From NCBI GenBank assembly GCA_052035195.1, contig JBPOHU010000001.1, positions 13,713 to 77,712 on the forward strand: 64,000 nt of DNA. Direction: 5' to 3'. Positions 11,001 to 19,997 of this stretch are shown piece by piece (position 1 is the first letter of the stretch; every line of letters begins with the position of its first letter). This DNA is from Candidatus Nomurabacteria bacterium (GTDB lineage Bacteria; Patescibacteriota; Minisyncoccia; Phycocordibacterales; UBA9973). The notes beneath the pieces were generated by a model. It was given only the letters and a program-made list of their open reading frames with translations, was not told the DNA's origin and did not search any database. The position numbers were made by a program, and so were the translations under genes.

Positions 11001-11178
11001 CGGAACTATCTCTTCATACTTATGGACAAAAGTATCAGGCACGGGAGGAACTATCACTTCACCATCTTCTGCTTCTACTACAATTACAGGACTATCTGCA
11101 GGTTCATACACCTTCCGTCTTAGTGTTACTGATGATGATGGGGCTGTAGTAAGTAAGGATTTTCAATTTTCTTTTTAA
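8077..11178 (+). CDS. Large secreted multidomain protein: four PKD/Ig-like repeats, SGNH/GDSL hydrolase, alpha/beta-hydrolase (esterase)
   Basis: Sec signal; NAG.DQ.I.LP...YSW repeats; SGNH blocks LGSSTAAG, PTND, DGIHLNDAGH; nucleophile elbow TGLSMGG. Confidence 0.8.
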   Translation: MKKKNILFGASLAVFISVLGFVFFEPVSASSKTFLVDFGRQDLSTSVSGWNNITNPSLGTNSNLVDSTGASSSLNLQISNAFVTNASYPTYSANNGGTTASTVYPASATRDSFYLTPYGTTADTAGQITISGLNNDASYTFKFFASRVDSSTAARTAQYTIGTKSSTLNATNNVNSIAQIQDVVPTNGSIVINVSILSGSSYAYLGALEIVENSSTTPTNINPVANAGLDQSILLPINSVTFSGSGTDTDGSIVGYSWSRISGTGAITSPSSASTTITGLLQGTSVFQLTVIDNQGALGTDTVSVVVNPGTPSNVSPSVNAGTDQTITLPISSVTLTGSATDTDGTISSYSWTKISGTGGTITSPSSASTTIIGLSAGSYTFRLSVTDDDGAVSSDTLVVVVNPQTVGVCPVPQKIVILGSSTAAGNAASSYQNSWAGRLATYGQSQNPGGQIINLGMSTYTTYHILATGSSTPLDRPTPDTARNITRALSYSPDAIIINMPTNDAANGYSLAEQQANFISLAQIAADAGVDLWITTTQPRNLNSSQRAQLITMRDWINQQFGLKAVDFWTTVANADGTINSTYNSGDGIHLNDAGHLVLFNSLLSENIYDVLCTANSNVSPSANAGTDQSITLPISYLTLTGSGTDSDGTISSYSWTKVSTLAGTITSPSSASTTITGLAQGTHTFRLTVTDNGGLTASDDVVVVVNADPLLQSATTIAGYNAIVHLPGDYGQTGTKQYPLILFFPGLSEAGTGNVYDLLSYGPSAFIAAGNPMEFNVNGVVEKPIVISVQTGQWPQPSIINTILSNITSQYRVDSARIYLTGLSMGGWTVDTYVSENETYANKIAAVVAVQPAGMDNPVSQMSTFASAGGKWWGIRGINDVWGTEVPTIVTNMNSLSPGSARGTTVASGQPGSTHCCWNTFYDPVTWATNSSNSYSESIYEWMLKQSKNFNQAPTISFDPITINLSANVVDTDGTISSYLWTKVSGTGGTITSPSSASTTITGLSAGSYTFRLSVTDDDGAVVSKDFQFSF
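9099..11148 (+). repeat. Intragenic 157-bp near-identical direct repeat (9099-9255 and 10992-11148); related copies near 8800-8990 and 9930-10160
   Basis: Direct comparison; the last ~60 nt are identical between the two main copies. Confidence 0.9.
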
Positions 11179-11190
11179 GGCATATTTTAG

Positions 11191-12045
11191 ATGATCAATA
11201 AAGACCTTTTAAAACGTGCGAAATTAATAACACGTCAGTATGGTCGTGGTTTTTATCGATCCTCTTTTTTATTCCCCAAGAAAGTAAGAGAGGCGACTTG
11301 GATTTTTTATGCTTTTGTTCGGTTGCCTGATGAAATGGTTGATACTGAGAAAGATAAAAACAAAGCCTTAGTTGAGCTTAACAAATGGTCTAATGATTGG
11401 AAGAGTGTAATCGATAATAATCCAAACAAAGAAGTAGATCCTTTAATCTTTGCTACTAAAGAGATTTTTGATTTTTATAATATTCCTTATGAATATGTAA
11501 GTAACTTTCTTTTTGCTATGTATCAGGACTTGAATAAAACAAGGTATAACTCTTATAAAGAACTAGAAGAATACATGTATGGCTCAGCTGCTGTTATAGG
11601 TCTCGTTATGAGTCATATTATAGGTTTTCGTGAAGGCGCATTGCCACACGCCAAGGCTCTGGGAGAAGCATTTCAGCTTATAAACTTTATAAGGGATGCA
11701 AAAGAGGATTATGATGTTCGTGGTAGAGTTTATTTACCCAAAGAAGATATGGATAAATTTGGTATTACAGAAGATTATATTAGAAAGAGTGTTTTAGATG
11801 ATTCAATGAAAAAGTTTTTGGCTTTTGAATTAGGTAGAGCCAAAGTTTTATTAGAAGAGGGGCAGAAAGGAATAAAAATGCTTGGTAATGGCAGAAGTGC
11901 TGTTTTTGCTTCTTACTTAATATATAAAAAACTAATAGAAAAAATTGAATTTGAGAATTATGATGTTTTTTCAAAAAGAATAGTTATTAGCCCATTACAA
12001 AAAACAATGTTACTCTTTAAAGCAGTATGGAACAAAAATCAGTAA
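11191..12045 (+). CDS. crtB: Phytoene synthase
   Basis: YAFVRLPDEMVD, YMYGSAAVIG, LGEAFQLINFIRDAKEDY..RGRVYLP. Confidence 0.92.
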   Translation: MINKDLLKRAKLITRQYGRGFYRSSFLFPKKVREATWIFYAFVRLPDEMVDTEKDKNKALVELNKWSNDWKSVIDNNPNKEVDPLIFATKEIFDFYNIPYEYVSNFLFAMYQDLNKTRYNSYKELEEYMYGSAAVIGLVMSHIIGFREGALPHAKALGEAFQLINFIRDAKEDYDVRGRVYLPKEDMDKFGITEDYIRKSVLDDSMKKFLAFELGRAKVLLEEGQKGIKMLGNGRSAVFASYLIYKKLIEKIEFENYDVFSKRIVISPLQKTMLLFKAVWNKNQ

Positions 12046-13535
12046 TCATAATAGGCGCAGGATTAGGAGGGCTTGCTCTCTCTGGCATGCTTGGCAAAAA
12101 GGGCTATAAAGTAACCCTGCTTGAAAAAAATGATTCTGTAGGTGGTAGAGCTAGGCTTTGGCAAAAAGATGGTTTTACTTTTGACCTTGGTCCTAGTTGG
12201 TACATGATGCCTGATGTTTTTGAGCACTTTTTTTCTTTAATGGGTGAAGATATAAATGATTATATTTCTTTACAAAAACTTGGTCCTTCATATCGAGTTT
12301 TTCTCAAAAGTAATGGTGCTGAATATGATTTTTATGGTGATATAGAAAAAAATAAACAAACTTTTGAATCAATAGAAAAAGGTTCAGGAGAAGTTTTAGA
12401 AAAGTTTTTAGCTTCAACAAAATATCAATACGAAATAGCAAAACAAGAATTCATGTTTAAAAACTATGATTCTATTTTTGATTTTATGAATAAGAGAATG
12501 ATGACTCTTGGTGCAAAGCTGCCTCTTTTTAAAAAACAAAAAAACATCATCGATAAACTTTTCAAAAGTGAACTCCTTAGAAAGGTTATGCAATATCAAA
12601 CTGTTCTTTTAGGGACATCTCCAGGAGAGACTCCTGGTATATATAGCATGATGAATTATGTGGATTTTGGCCTTGGTGTTTGGTATCCAAAAGGAGGTAT
12701 TATCGCTGTTCCAAATGCTTTGAAATCTATAACTAAAAAATACGGGGTCTCAATACGTACCAATGCAGACGTAGAGAAAATAATAGTAGAAGCTAACAAG
12801 GCTAAAGGAGTTAGACTCAAAGATGGTACAGAGCTTTATGCTGATATTGTAGTTTCTAATGCTGATATTGTTCATACAGATAAGACCCTTCTAGGAGGAG
12901 AGCATCAACAAAAGTCTACAAAGTATTGGGAAAAGAGATCCCTAGCACCGAGCGCTTTCATTCTTTATCTTGGTGTTAAGGGTAAAATCCCAAAAGCAGA
13001 ACATCATAACCTTATTTTTTCAAAATCTTGGGATGGCTACGCAAAAGAAGTTTTCAGTAGTAGTGGTGTTTGGCCGAATGATCCATCTCTATATGTTTGT
13101 GTGCCATCAAAAACAGATATAAGTGTTGCACCAAGTGGGGATGAAAATGTTTTTGTTCTTGTGCCTATTGCTCCAGGACTTGAATATACAGATGAATTTA
13201 TAAAACAATATAAAGAAAAAATTATTTCAGAATTGGCTACTTCTTTTAATGTTCCAGACTTGAAAGACAGAATAGTTGTAGAGAGGACTTATTGTGTTAA
13301 GGATTTTATAGCTGATTACAACGCTTTCAAGGGGACAGCATTAGGCTTGGCTCATACACTTGGTCAAACTGCTATCTTCAGGCCAAACAACGTACACAAG
13401 AAAATCAAAAATCTTTTTTATGTAGGGGCGGGGACAAATCCTGGTATTGGTATGCCGATCTGTCTTATCAGTGCAGAGCTAGCCTATAAGCGTATAGAAA
13501 ACATAACTCACCCATTTCCTTTAGAAAAGATATAA
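12027..13535 (+). CDS. crtI: Phytoene desaturase (CrtI family)
   Basis: GAGLGG FAD motif, GGRA, FDLGPSWYMMP, C-terminal YVGAGTNPGIGMP; overlaps crtB. Confidence 0.9.
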   Translation: MEQKSVIIIGAGLGGLALSGMLGKKGYKVTLLEKNDSVGGRARLWQKDGFTFDLGPSWYMMPDVFEHFFSLMGEDINDYISLQKLGPSYRVFLKSNGAEYDFYGDIEKNKQTFESIEKGSGEVLEKFLASTKYQYEIAKQEFMFKNYDSIFDFMNKRMMTLGAKLPLFKKQKNIIDKLFKSELLRKVMQYQTVLLGTSPGETPGIYSMMNYVDFGLGVWYPKGGIIAVPNALKSITKKYGVSIRTNADVEKIIVEANKAKGVRLKDGTELYADIVVSNADIVHTDKTLLGGEHQQKSTKYWEKRSLAPSAFILYLGVKGKIPKAEHHNLIFSKSWDGYAKEVFSSSGVWPNDPSLYVCVPSKTDISVAPSGDENVFVLVPIAPGLEYTDEFIKQYKEKIISELATSFNVPDLKDRIVVERTYCVKDFIADYNAFKGTALGLAHTLGQTAIFRPNNVHKKIKNLFYVGAGTNPGIGMPICLISAELAYKRIENITHPFPLEKI

Positions 13536-13536
13536 A

Positions 13537-13569
13537 AATAAAAAACCTCCGCCTAGGAGGTTTTTTATT
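13537..13569. terminator. Bidirectional intrinsic terminator
   Basis: aataaaaaacctcc-gccta-ggaggttttttatt between convergent genes. Confidence 0.85.
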
Positions 13570-13580
13570 AATTAGGGTTT

Positions 13581-14432
13581 TTACCAAATATTTTTTGCAA
13601 ATAGCTCCATTGAAACGATTGCTCCAATTAGAGTATTAATCATAGGGAAGTAGGTATAGAGCTTGAATAGAGCTTCTTCTGTTTTCGCTCTCTGGCTACG
13701 CCACATAAAATAAGAGAAAACTATAGCCCCAACAAAACTTGCTATAGGGACTATATCTTTTACCAAATAACCAGCAAATACATATAAGAACCAACAAAGA
13801 GCTATAGTTCTCTGTTTTCCAATCATGATAGCGATAGTGTGTAGTCCTGCTTCAAAGTCTGCTTTGATATCTGGGACTGCACTATAGGCATGCATTGCAA
13901 CAGCCCAAAGTAGTCCAGCTATTATTCCAACAGCAGGGAAGCTTTCTCCTCCTGCTAGATAGTATCCAAAGACCCCCGTAGCAGTGTAGTGACCAGCAGA
14001 AAACAAGGAATCAATGATAGGTTTAGCTTTGGCTCGTATTGGTTCTGCAGAATAAAAAGAAGCAAAAAATACAAAAGCTAAAAATGAAAGTATTATTGGT
14101 GCAGAAAGTGGAACAAAGAAAAAGAATGGAACATTTGTAAAAATTATCCATTTCCATAGAGATCGTTGTCTTTCTGGTGGAACTAGTGCCTCATAGGCAT
14201 TGTCACCCTTTTTAGGATTTAGTTTATCCGTTTCGTAATCAAAAATATCATTGATACCGTATATCAAGATATTAGCTGGTATTAAAAAGTAGAGTGCAAA
14301 TACCCAATACCGCCAATCTGAAAAAAAGCTTAATCCCTGTAATGCTCCTACGGTTCCCACAAGTCCAAAAGTCGCTGCTTCATATAACCAAAAACGAGGT
14401 CTAGATATTTTAAGTACTTCTTTTATAGTCAT
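13581..14432 (-). CDS. UbiA-family prenyltransferase, lycopene elongase/hydratase type (CrtEb/LyeJ-like)
   Basis: ISRPRFWLY, PAN..IYGINDIFDYETD..NPKKG, YSAEPIRAK, HAYSAVPDI.AD; probable start ATG 14432; adjacent to crtBI. Confidence 0.8.
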   Translation of the reverse strand: MTIKEVLKISRPRFWLYEAATFGLVGTVGALQGLSFFSDWRYWVFALYFLIPANILIYGINDIFDYETDKLNPKKGDNAYEALVPPERQRSLWKWIIFTNVPFFFFVPLSAPIILSFLAFVFFASFYSAEPIRAKAKPIIDSLFSAGHYTATGVFGYYLAGGESFPAVGIIAGLLWAVAMHAYSAVPDIKADFEAGLHTIAIMIGKQRTIALCWFLYVFAGYLVKDIVPIASFVGAIVFSYFMWRSQRAKTEEALFKLYTYFPMINTLIGAIVSMELFAKNIW

Positions 14433-14490
14433 ATTGCAATAGTAGCATAAACAAAATAAAAACCCTCCCAAAAATTTTGAGAGAGTGAGG

Positions 14491-14709
14491 TTAGTCTTTT
14501 TGGTCTGGCAGTTCAAATTTAATGTACGTTGCCCATATAAACCATCCAATAAGTGTAAATAAAAAAGAATAGAGCACGGACCACAATACACTTATCTTAA
14601 ACACAAAATATAGTATAAACAGAGTAAAGAGTAGTGATCCTAAGGTTATTAATCCCATATGAAACATCAGATGGAAACCAGAGTGTAAATATTTTTTAAA
14701 CTTTTTCAT
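14491..14709 (-). CDS. Small two-TM membrane protein
   Basis: 72-aa ORF with two hydrophobic stretches, fills an intergenic gap. Confidence 0.55.
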   Translation of the reverse strand: MKKFKKYLHSGFHLMFHMGLITLGSLLFTLFILYFVFKISVLWSVLYSFLFTLIGWFIWATYIKFELPDQKD

Positions 14710-14742
14710 TATACAAATTTTATGTTATAATACACTAACTTT

Positions 14743-15987
14743 ATGATTCGTCAAGATTTCGACAAGTTAAAATTCCCAGAAACACCAGGGGTATATGCCT
14801 GGCGTGATGCAGAAGGCAAAATCCTATATATAGGCAAGGCTACATCACTTCGCGATCGTGTGAGAAGTTATTTTTCTCCTGATGTTATTAAGACTCGTGG
14901 TCCACATATTGTAGATATGGTATTTAAGTCTCACACAGTTACATACCAAGAAACAATGAATGCTCTCGAAGCCCTTATCCTTGAAGCCAACTTAATTAAA
15001 AAATATAAACCTTATTACAATACCAAGGAAAAAGATGATAAGAGCTTTAATTGTGTTGCTATAACAAAAGAAGACTTCCCAAAAGTTATTTTAGTTAGGC
15101 AAAAAGATATAGATATAAAAAATAAAACAGTTAGAGCTCTAAGACACCCTAAGCCTATGTCGTACGATGTTATTTTTGGTCCCTATCCAAAAGGTTCAGC
15201 TATCAAAGAAGCCTTAAAAATCCTTAGACCAATTTTCCCTTTTAGAGATTTAGCTTCTTCAAAGAAAGACAATACTGTTTTTTATAGACAAATAGGACTT
15301 TCTCCAGATGTCATAAATAAAGATGCACAAATAGAATACAAAAAAACAATAAAAAGATTAAAAATGGTTTTTCAAGGGAAGTTTCAGTCTCTTTTAAAAG
15401 AACTCAAAAAAGAAATGTTATCTTTAGCTAATAAACAAAAATTTGAATTAGCAAATGTTTTGAAACAAAAAGTCTTTGCCCTAGAACATATTCAAGATAT
15501 TTCTTTGATAAAAAGAGATTTAGAAAGCACTGTCATAGGAGAAGAATTTCGTATAGAAGCGTATGATGTAGCGCATATTAGCGGAGCGTCTATGGTTGGT
15601 GTTATGACAGTGGTTACAAATTCAAGTTCTGATAAGTCTGCATATCGCAAATTTATTATCAAAGGTTTTGATAAGGCCAATGACGCTGGAGCTTTGAGAG
15701 AAATACTCACACGACGTTTTGGTCATCCAGAATGGGGAACGCCAAATGCTATTGTGGTAGACGGTAACCTTATACAGGTAAATGTAGCCAAAGAAGCTCT
15801 AAAAAATCTATCTTTGGATATACCAATAATTGCCGTTACAAAGGACGAACGTCATAGACCCAAGGCTATTAGCGGACCAAAGGAGATAGTTGAGAAAAAT
15901 AAATACGCAATACTTTTGGCAAATAACGAAGCTCATCGTTACGCTATAACTTTCCACAAAACTCGACGTAAAAAATCATTCGTGTAA
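14743..15987 (+). CDS. uvrC: Excinuclease ABC subunit C (short form without C-terminal HhH)
   Basis: GIY-YIG domain (PGVY...YIGKA..LR.RV.SYF), UVR coil, RNase H-like RIEAYDVAH...VDG. Confidence 0.9.
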   Translation: MIRQDFDKLKFPETPGVYAWRDAEGKILYIGKATSLRDRVRSYFSPDVIKTRGPHIVDMVFKSHTVTYQETMNALEALILEANLIKKYKPYYNTKEKDDKSFNCVAITKEDFPKVILVRQKDIDIKNKTVRALRHPKPMSYDVIFGPYPKGSAIKEALKILRPIFPFRDLASSKKDNTVFYRQIGLSPDVINKDAQIEYKKTIKRLKMVFQGKFQSLLKELKKEMLSLANKQKFELANVLKQKVFALEHIQDISLIKRDLESTVIGEEFRIEAYDVAHISGASMVGVMTVVTNSSSDKSAYRKFIIKGFDKANDAGALREILTRRFGHPEWGTPNAIVVDGNLIQVNVAKEALKNLSLDIPIIAVTKDERHRPKAISGPKEIVEKNKYAILLANNEAHRYAITFHKTRRKKSFV

Positions 15988-15998
15988 TATATAAACCA

Positions 15999-16736
15999 AT
16001 GGCAACAGAAAAACTATATTTATATGGCAAACACGCCCTCTCGGAGGCTCTTTTGGCGCGCCCAGAGGTTGTTCAAAAGGTTTTCCTTTCAAAGGAAATT
16101 GAGTCAGATGTTGAACTAGTTAATCTGCTTAAAAAACATTCTATTGGTATTAGTAGTATGAAAGGAGATATTAAAAAAGATGTTGGTAGTGATGCTGTGC
16201 ACCAAGGCGTAATAGCTGTTATCTCTCAAGAAAAACTATATTCATCTATGGATGAAGCACTTAAAAATGCTTCCAAAAAACAAAATCCTTGCATTGTCCT
16301 TCTCGATGAACTTCATGACCCTCATAATGTCGGGGCTATTATTCGTAGTGCGGTAGCCTTTGGTGCTAGCGCAATACTTTTACCAAAGCATAATCAAGCT
16401 CCTATTACAGGGGTAGTCATCAAGACTTCTGTCGGTATGGTATTTCGTATTCCGGTTGTATTGATAGGTAATGTAAATCAAACAATTCGCGACCTTAAAG
16501 ATAAGGGTTACTGGTCTTATGGCCTTGTGATGAACGGAACAACCACTCTTTCAAAGGCTGTATTTGATACACCTACACTTTTCATCGTTGGAAATGAGTC
16601 AGTAGGAATTCGAGAAAAAACTCTTGAGCTTTGTGATGTACCTCTTTCTATTCCTATGAATCCAGATTGTGAATCACTTAATGCCTCAACAGCTGCTTCT
16701 ATTGTTCTATACGAATACAGTCGTACTAACTTATAG
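15999..16736 (+). CDS. rlmB: SpoU/TrmH-family RNA 2'-O-methyltransferase (RlmB-like)
   Basis: YGKH, HQGV, DPHNVGAIIRSA, GNESVG, ESLNAS. Confidence 0.85.
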   Translation: MATEKLYLYGKHALSEALLARPEVVQKVFLSKEIESDVELVNLLKKHSIGISSMKGDIKKDVGSDAVHQGVIAVISQEKLYSSMDEALKNASKKQNPCIVLLDELHDPHNVGAIIRSAVAFGASAILLPKHNQAPITGVVIKTSVGMVFRIPVVLIGNVNQTIRDLKDKGYWSYGLVMNGTTTLSKAVFDTPTLFIVGNESVGIREKTLELCDVPLSIPMNPDCESLNASTAASIVLYEYSRTNL

Positions 16737-16770
16737 CTATTGTTAATAAAAGTTCTGCTATAATATATTC

Positions 16771-18639
16771 ATGATACATCCTAGTGATGGAGAACGAGTA
16801 ACTTATTTCGGCGAAACAAACTTTCGCAACCAACAAACGCGTTTTGGTATAAAAAACCGCGATCGTACTCGTCATATGTATGTGGTAGGAAAGTCTGGGG
16901 TAGGAAAGTCTACACTACTTGAAAATATGGCTATTCAAGACATTCAAAACGGAGAAGGGGTGGCCGTTCTAGATCCGCACGGTAGTTTTGCTGAGAAAAT
17001 GCTTGATTATATTCCTGAAGACCGTATTAAGGATGTGGTTTATTTTGCTCCTTTTGATATAGAAAATCCTATTTCTTTTAATATGCTTGAAGATATCGGA
17101 GAAGACAAGCGTCACTTTGTAGCTTCAGGATTGATGAGTACCTTCAAAAAGATTTGGGTAGACGCATGGAGTGCTCGTATGGAGTATATTCTTAACAATA
17201 TCTTGCTCGCTCTTTTAGAGTACCCAGATGCTACTTTGTTAGGAGTAAACCGAATGCTCTCGGATAAAGCTTTTAGAAAAAAAGTTGTTGAAAATATCAA
17301 AGACCCTTCAGTAAAAGCTTTTTGGACAGATGAATTTGAAAAGTACGGTGAGCGTTATATGCAAGAAGCTGGAGCAGCTATTCAAAATAAAATCGGTCAG
17401 TTTACTGCTAACCCTCTAGTTCGCAATATTATTGGTCAGCCTAAGTCTAGTTTTGATGTACGAGATATTATGGACAATAAGAAAATTCTTATTGTTAACC
17501 TTTCAAAAGGTCGTATTGGTGAACAAAATACAAGTCTCTTAGGTAGTATGATTATTACAAAGATTTATATTGCTGCTATGAGTCGCGCTGATGTTTCTCA
17601 TACTCGTATGGCAGAGCTTCCAAGTTTTTATTTTTATGTTGACGAATTCCAGTCTTTTGCCAACGAGTCCTTTGCTAATATTTTATCTGAGGCTCGTAAA
17701 TATAAACTCGCGCTTATCATTGCGCACCAATATATTGCTCAAATGGAGGAGTCAGTGCGCGATGCTGTTTTTGGAAACGTAGGAACAAGTGTATCTTTTA
17801 GAGTTGGACCACTGGACTCGGAGATGTTAGAGAAGGTATATGCACCACAGTTTACGTCAAACGATCTTGTAAATCTTGGTTTTGCGCAGATATATTTATC
17901 TTTGATGATTAACGATATGGGTTCTCAGCCTTTTTCTGCAAAAACCTTAGCTCCTATACCAAGACCATCTATTTCTTATAGAAATGATGTTATTGAGTGG
18001 ACCAGAGCTCACTTTGCTTTACCTAAAGACATAGTAGAGAAAAATATTAGAGATTGGTTTGGTGCTGGTAGCGAAGAATCTGGACAAAATAATTCCTATG
18101 AAAAGAAGCCGTATTTACAGAATCAAAAATCTTTTAGTCCAGAACAAAAGCCTTATCAAAAACCAACTACCTCTTTCCCAAAAAAGGAATACAAACCAGA
18201 GCAGAAGTTTACTAGTAGTGAGCCAAAAGTTCACATGCCTTTCAAAAAGGTTTTTGAAAAACCAATAGTTAAAGAAGAAACAAACAATATAAAACCAAGC
18301 GAAGAACTGTCGAAGCTTTTAGATGCTATTGATAATAGTCCCACAAAGACTAATGAAGCTCCTGTTGTACAAAAGGTTCCGAGGCCTCCATTTGTTGATG
18401 AAAAGCCTTTAACTCAAACTATAGCACCTGTTAAGCTCGCAGAAAGAGGTCCTACAGAATCTAGTCGCAACCTTCTCAAAGAAGCCTTAATGAAAGCTAC
18501 ATCAGGAACAAATATAAAAAATGAAGAAATAAAAACTCAAAAGACAGAAGATCCTATTTTAGAAAAAAAAGAAGATACTTCTGTAAACAATAATCCAAAA
18601 GAAATATCTCACAGCGAATTAAAAAAGATTTTAGAATAA
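16771..18639 (+). CDS. VirD4/TrwB/HerA-like P-loop ATPase (CPR-type) with low-complexity tail
   Basis: RHMYVVGKSGVGKST, LDPHG, YVDEFQ, SEARKY...AHQY. Confidence 0.85.
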   Translation: MIHPSDGERVTYFGETNFRNQQTRFGIKNRDRTRHMYVVGKSGVGKSTLLENMAIQDIQNGEGVAVLDPHGSFAEKMLDYIPEDRIKDVVYFAPFDIENPISFNMLEDIGEDKRHFVASGLMSTFKKIWVDAWSARMEYILNNILLALLEYPDATLLGVNRMLSDKAFRKKVVENIKDPSVKAFWTDEFEKYGERYMQEAGAAIQNKIGQFTANPLVRNIIGQPKSSFDVRDIMDNKKILIVNLSKGRIGEQNTSLLGSMIITKIYIAAMSRADVSHTRMAELPSFYFYVDEFQSFANESFANILSEARKYKLALIIAHQYIAQMEESVRDAVFGNVGTSVSFRVGPLDSEMLEKVYAPQFTSNDLVNLGFAQIYLSLMINDMGSQPFSAKTLAPIPRPSISYRNDVIEWTRAHFALPKDIVEKNIRDWFGAGSEESGQNNSYEKKPYLQNQKSFSPEQKPYQKPTTSFPKKEYKPEQKFTSSEPKVHMPFKKVFEKPIVKEETNNIKPSEELSKLLDAIDNSPTKTNEAPVVQKVPRPPFVDEKPLTQTIAPVKLAERGPTESSRNLLKEALMKATSGTNIKNEEIKTQKTEDPILEKKEDTSVNNNPKEISHSELKKILE

Positions 18640-18653
18640 TTTTTTAAACCATC

Positions 18654-19997
18654 ATGTTTCGTGCCATAGCGCTATCTATCGCTATAGTTCTTGTTTCAGT
18701 AAGCATTTCTTACGCTAGTGTTCGTATCACTGAAATAGCATGGATGGGTAATACAGAGACTTCTTTTGGTGAATGGTTTGAGCTTTATAATGAGGGAGAT
18801 GAGAGTGTAGATCTTTCAGGTTGGAAGCTTTATGAAGATGGGGGAGAGCAAGTTGTTTTTACTCTTACAAAGAGTATTGACCCAAAAGGGTATTTAGTTG
18901 TTGAAAGAACAACCTCTACCAGTACAGATCCTGTTCCAGGTATAAGTGATGAATCAGGTACTTTTGGTGGCAGTGGATTTTCAAATACTGGTGAAAATTT
19001 AATTCTCAAAGATAAAGATGGTGTTTCTGTGCAGTCTTTAAATTTTATTTCTGGTTGGCCAGCAGGAAGTAGTGAGACCAAAGAAACAATGCAGTGGGAT
19101 GGAGCGTCTTGGGTAACAGCTAAATCTACACCAAAAGCCGGGCTTACTACTGATGTTGTTACTCCTGAACAGGTTGTAGCTTCGGGTGGTTCTGAATGGA
19201 TTCCTAAAAAAATAGAGCCAAGAATAGAGCTCTATATACCAAAGATAATTTATACAAAAGTAGCTTCAGAATATAATGCTGTAACTTTCTTAGATTATGA
19301 CAAAGCTTATTCAGGTGTTTTTCTTTGGAATATGGGTGATGGTACTACATACAGAAATACTTACCCTACAGAAATAAAACATACTTATAAATATCCTGGC
19401 ACTTATACTATCTCTTTTGCTTATTATAAAAATCCTTATGATAAAAAACCTTTTCTTTTAAACTTTTCTGAGCGTACAGTAGTAGAGCCTGTTGTTTCTC
19501 TAAGGATTATCAGTGATAAGGGGTTTGAATTTACAAATAGTAGTTCAAATACAGTTGATATCTCCGGATGGTTTGTTTTGCTCGAAGGAGTTTCAAATCC
19601 AAAAGATTCAATATTGGAAATCCCACCTATTACTTTTATTGCTCCTAATAAATCTATTATTATGCCATTTAGTTCTTTTGGATTATCAGAAGTTCCTAGT
19701 GGTGCCACCCTTCAAACTCCTGAGCGAAATAGTGTTACCGAAGAAACATCTTCTGTGGTAAAAAATCAAAATATTGTTGCCCCAAAGCAAAAAGTTATAG
19801 AAAATCAGTATCAAGATGAAATTGTTACAAAAAATAATTTTACAGCTAGCGTCACAACAGAAGGATTAGAAAATAAAGAAATTAGTGATAACCAAAAACA
19901 AAACAACACCAAGATTTTTATTTTTGGTGCTGTTTTACTAGGTGTTATTATTTTATTTTTGTTTGTAAATAGGTTTATTGTGTCGCGGGAAGAGTAG
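18654..19997 (+). CDS. Surface protein with lamin-tail and PKD domains and C-terminal TM anchor
   Basis: Signal peptide; ITEIAWMG...EWFELYN...VDLSGWKL; WNMGDG...HTY.YPG.Y; C-terminal TM. Confidence 0.8.
   Translation: MFRAIALSIAIVLVSVSISYASVRITEIAWMGNTETSFGEWFELYNEGDESVDLSGWKLYEDGGEQVVFTLTKSIDPKGYLVVERTTSTSTDPVPGISDESGTFGGSGFSNTGENLILKDKDGVSVQSLNFISGWPAGSSETKETMQWDGASWVTAKSTPKAGLTTDVVTPEQVVASGGSEWIPKKIEPRIELYIPKIIYTKVASEYNAVTFLDYDKAYSGVFLWNMGDGTTYRNTYPTEIKHTYKYPGTYTISFAYYKNPYDKKPFLLNFSERTVVEPVVSLRIISDKGFEFTNSSSNTVDISGWFVLLEGVSNPKDSILEIPPITFIAPNKSIIMPFSSFGLSEVPSGATLQTPERNSVTEETSSVVKNQNIVAPKQKVIENQYQDEIVTKNNFTASVTTEGLENKEISDNQKQNNTKIFIFGAVLLGVIILFLFVNRFIVSREE

Noticed and set aside
9099-11148. 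Diversity-generating retroelement TR/VR pair
   Set aside because: Differences are not adenine-specific, both copies are coding PKD domains, and no reverse transcriptase is present.
16771-18639. Conjugative element implied by a VirD4-like ATPase
   Set aside because: No relaxase or other T4SS genes nearby; stand-alone ATPases of this type are common in CPR chromosomes.
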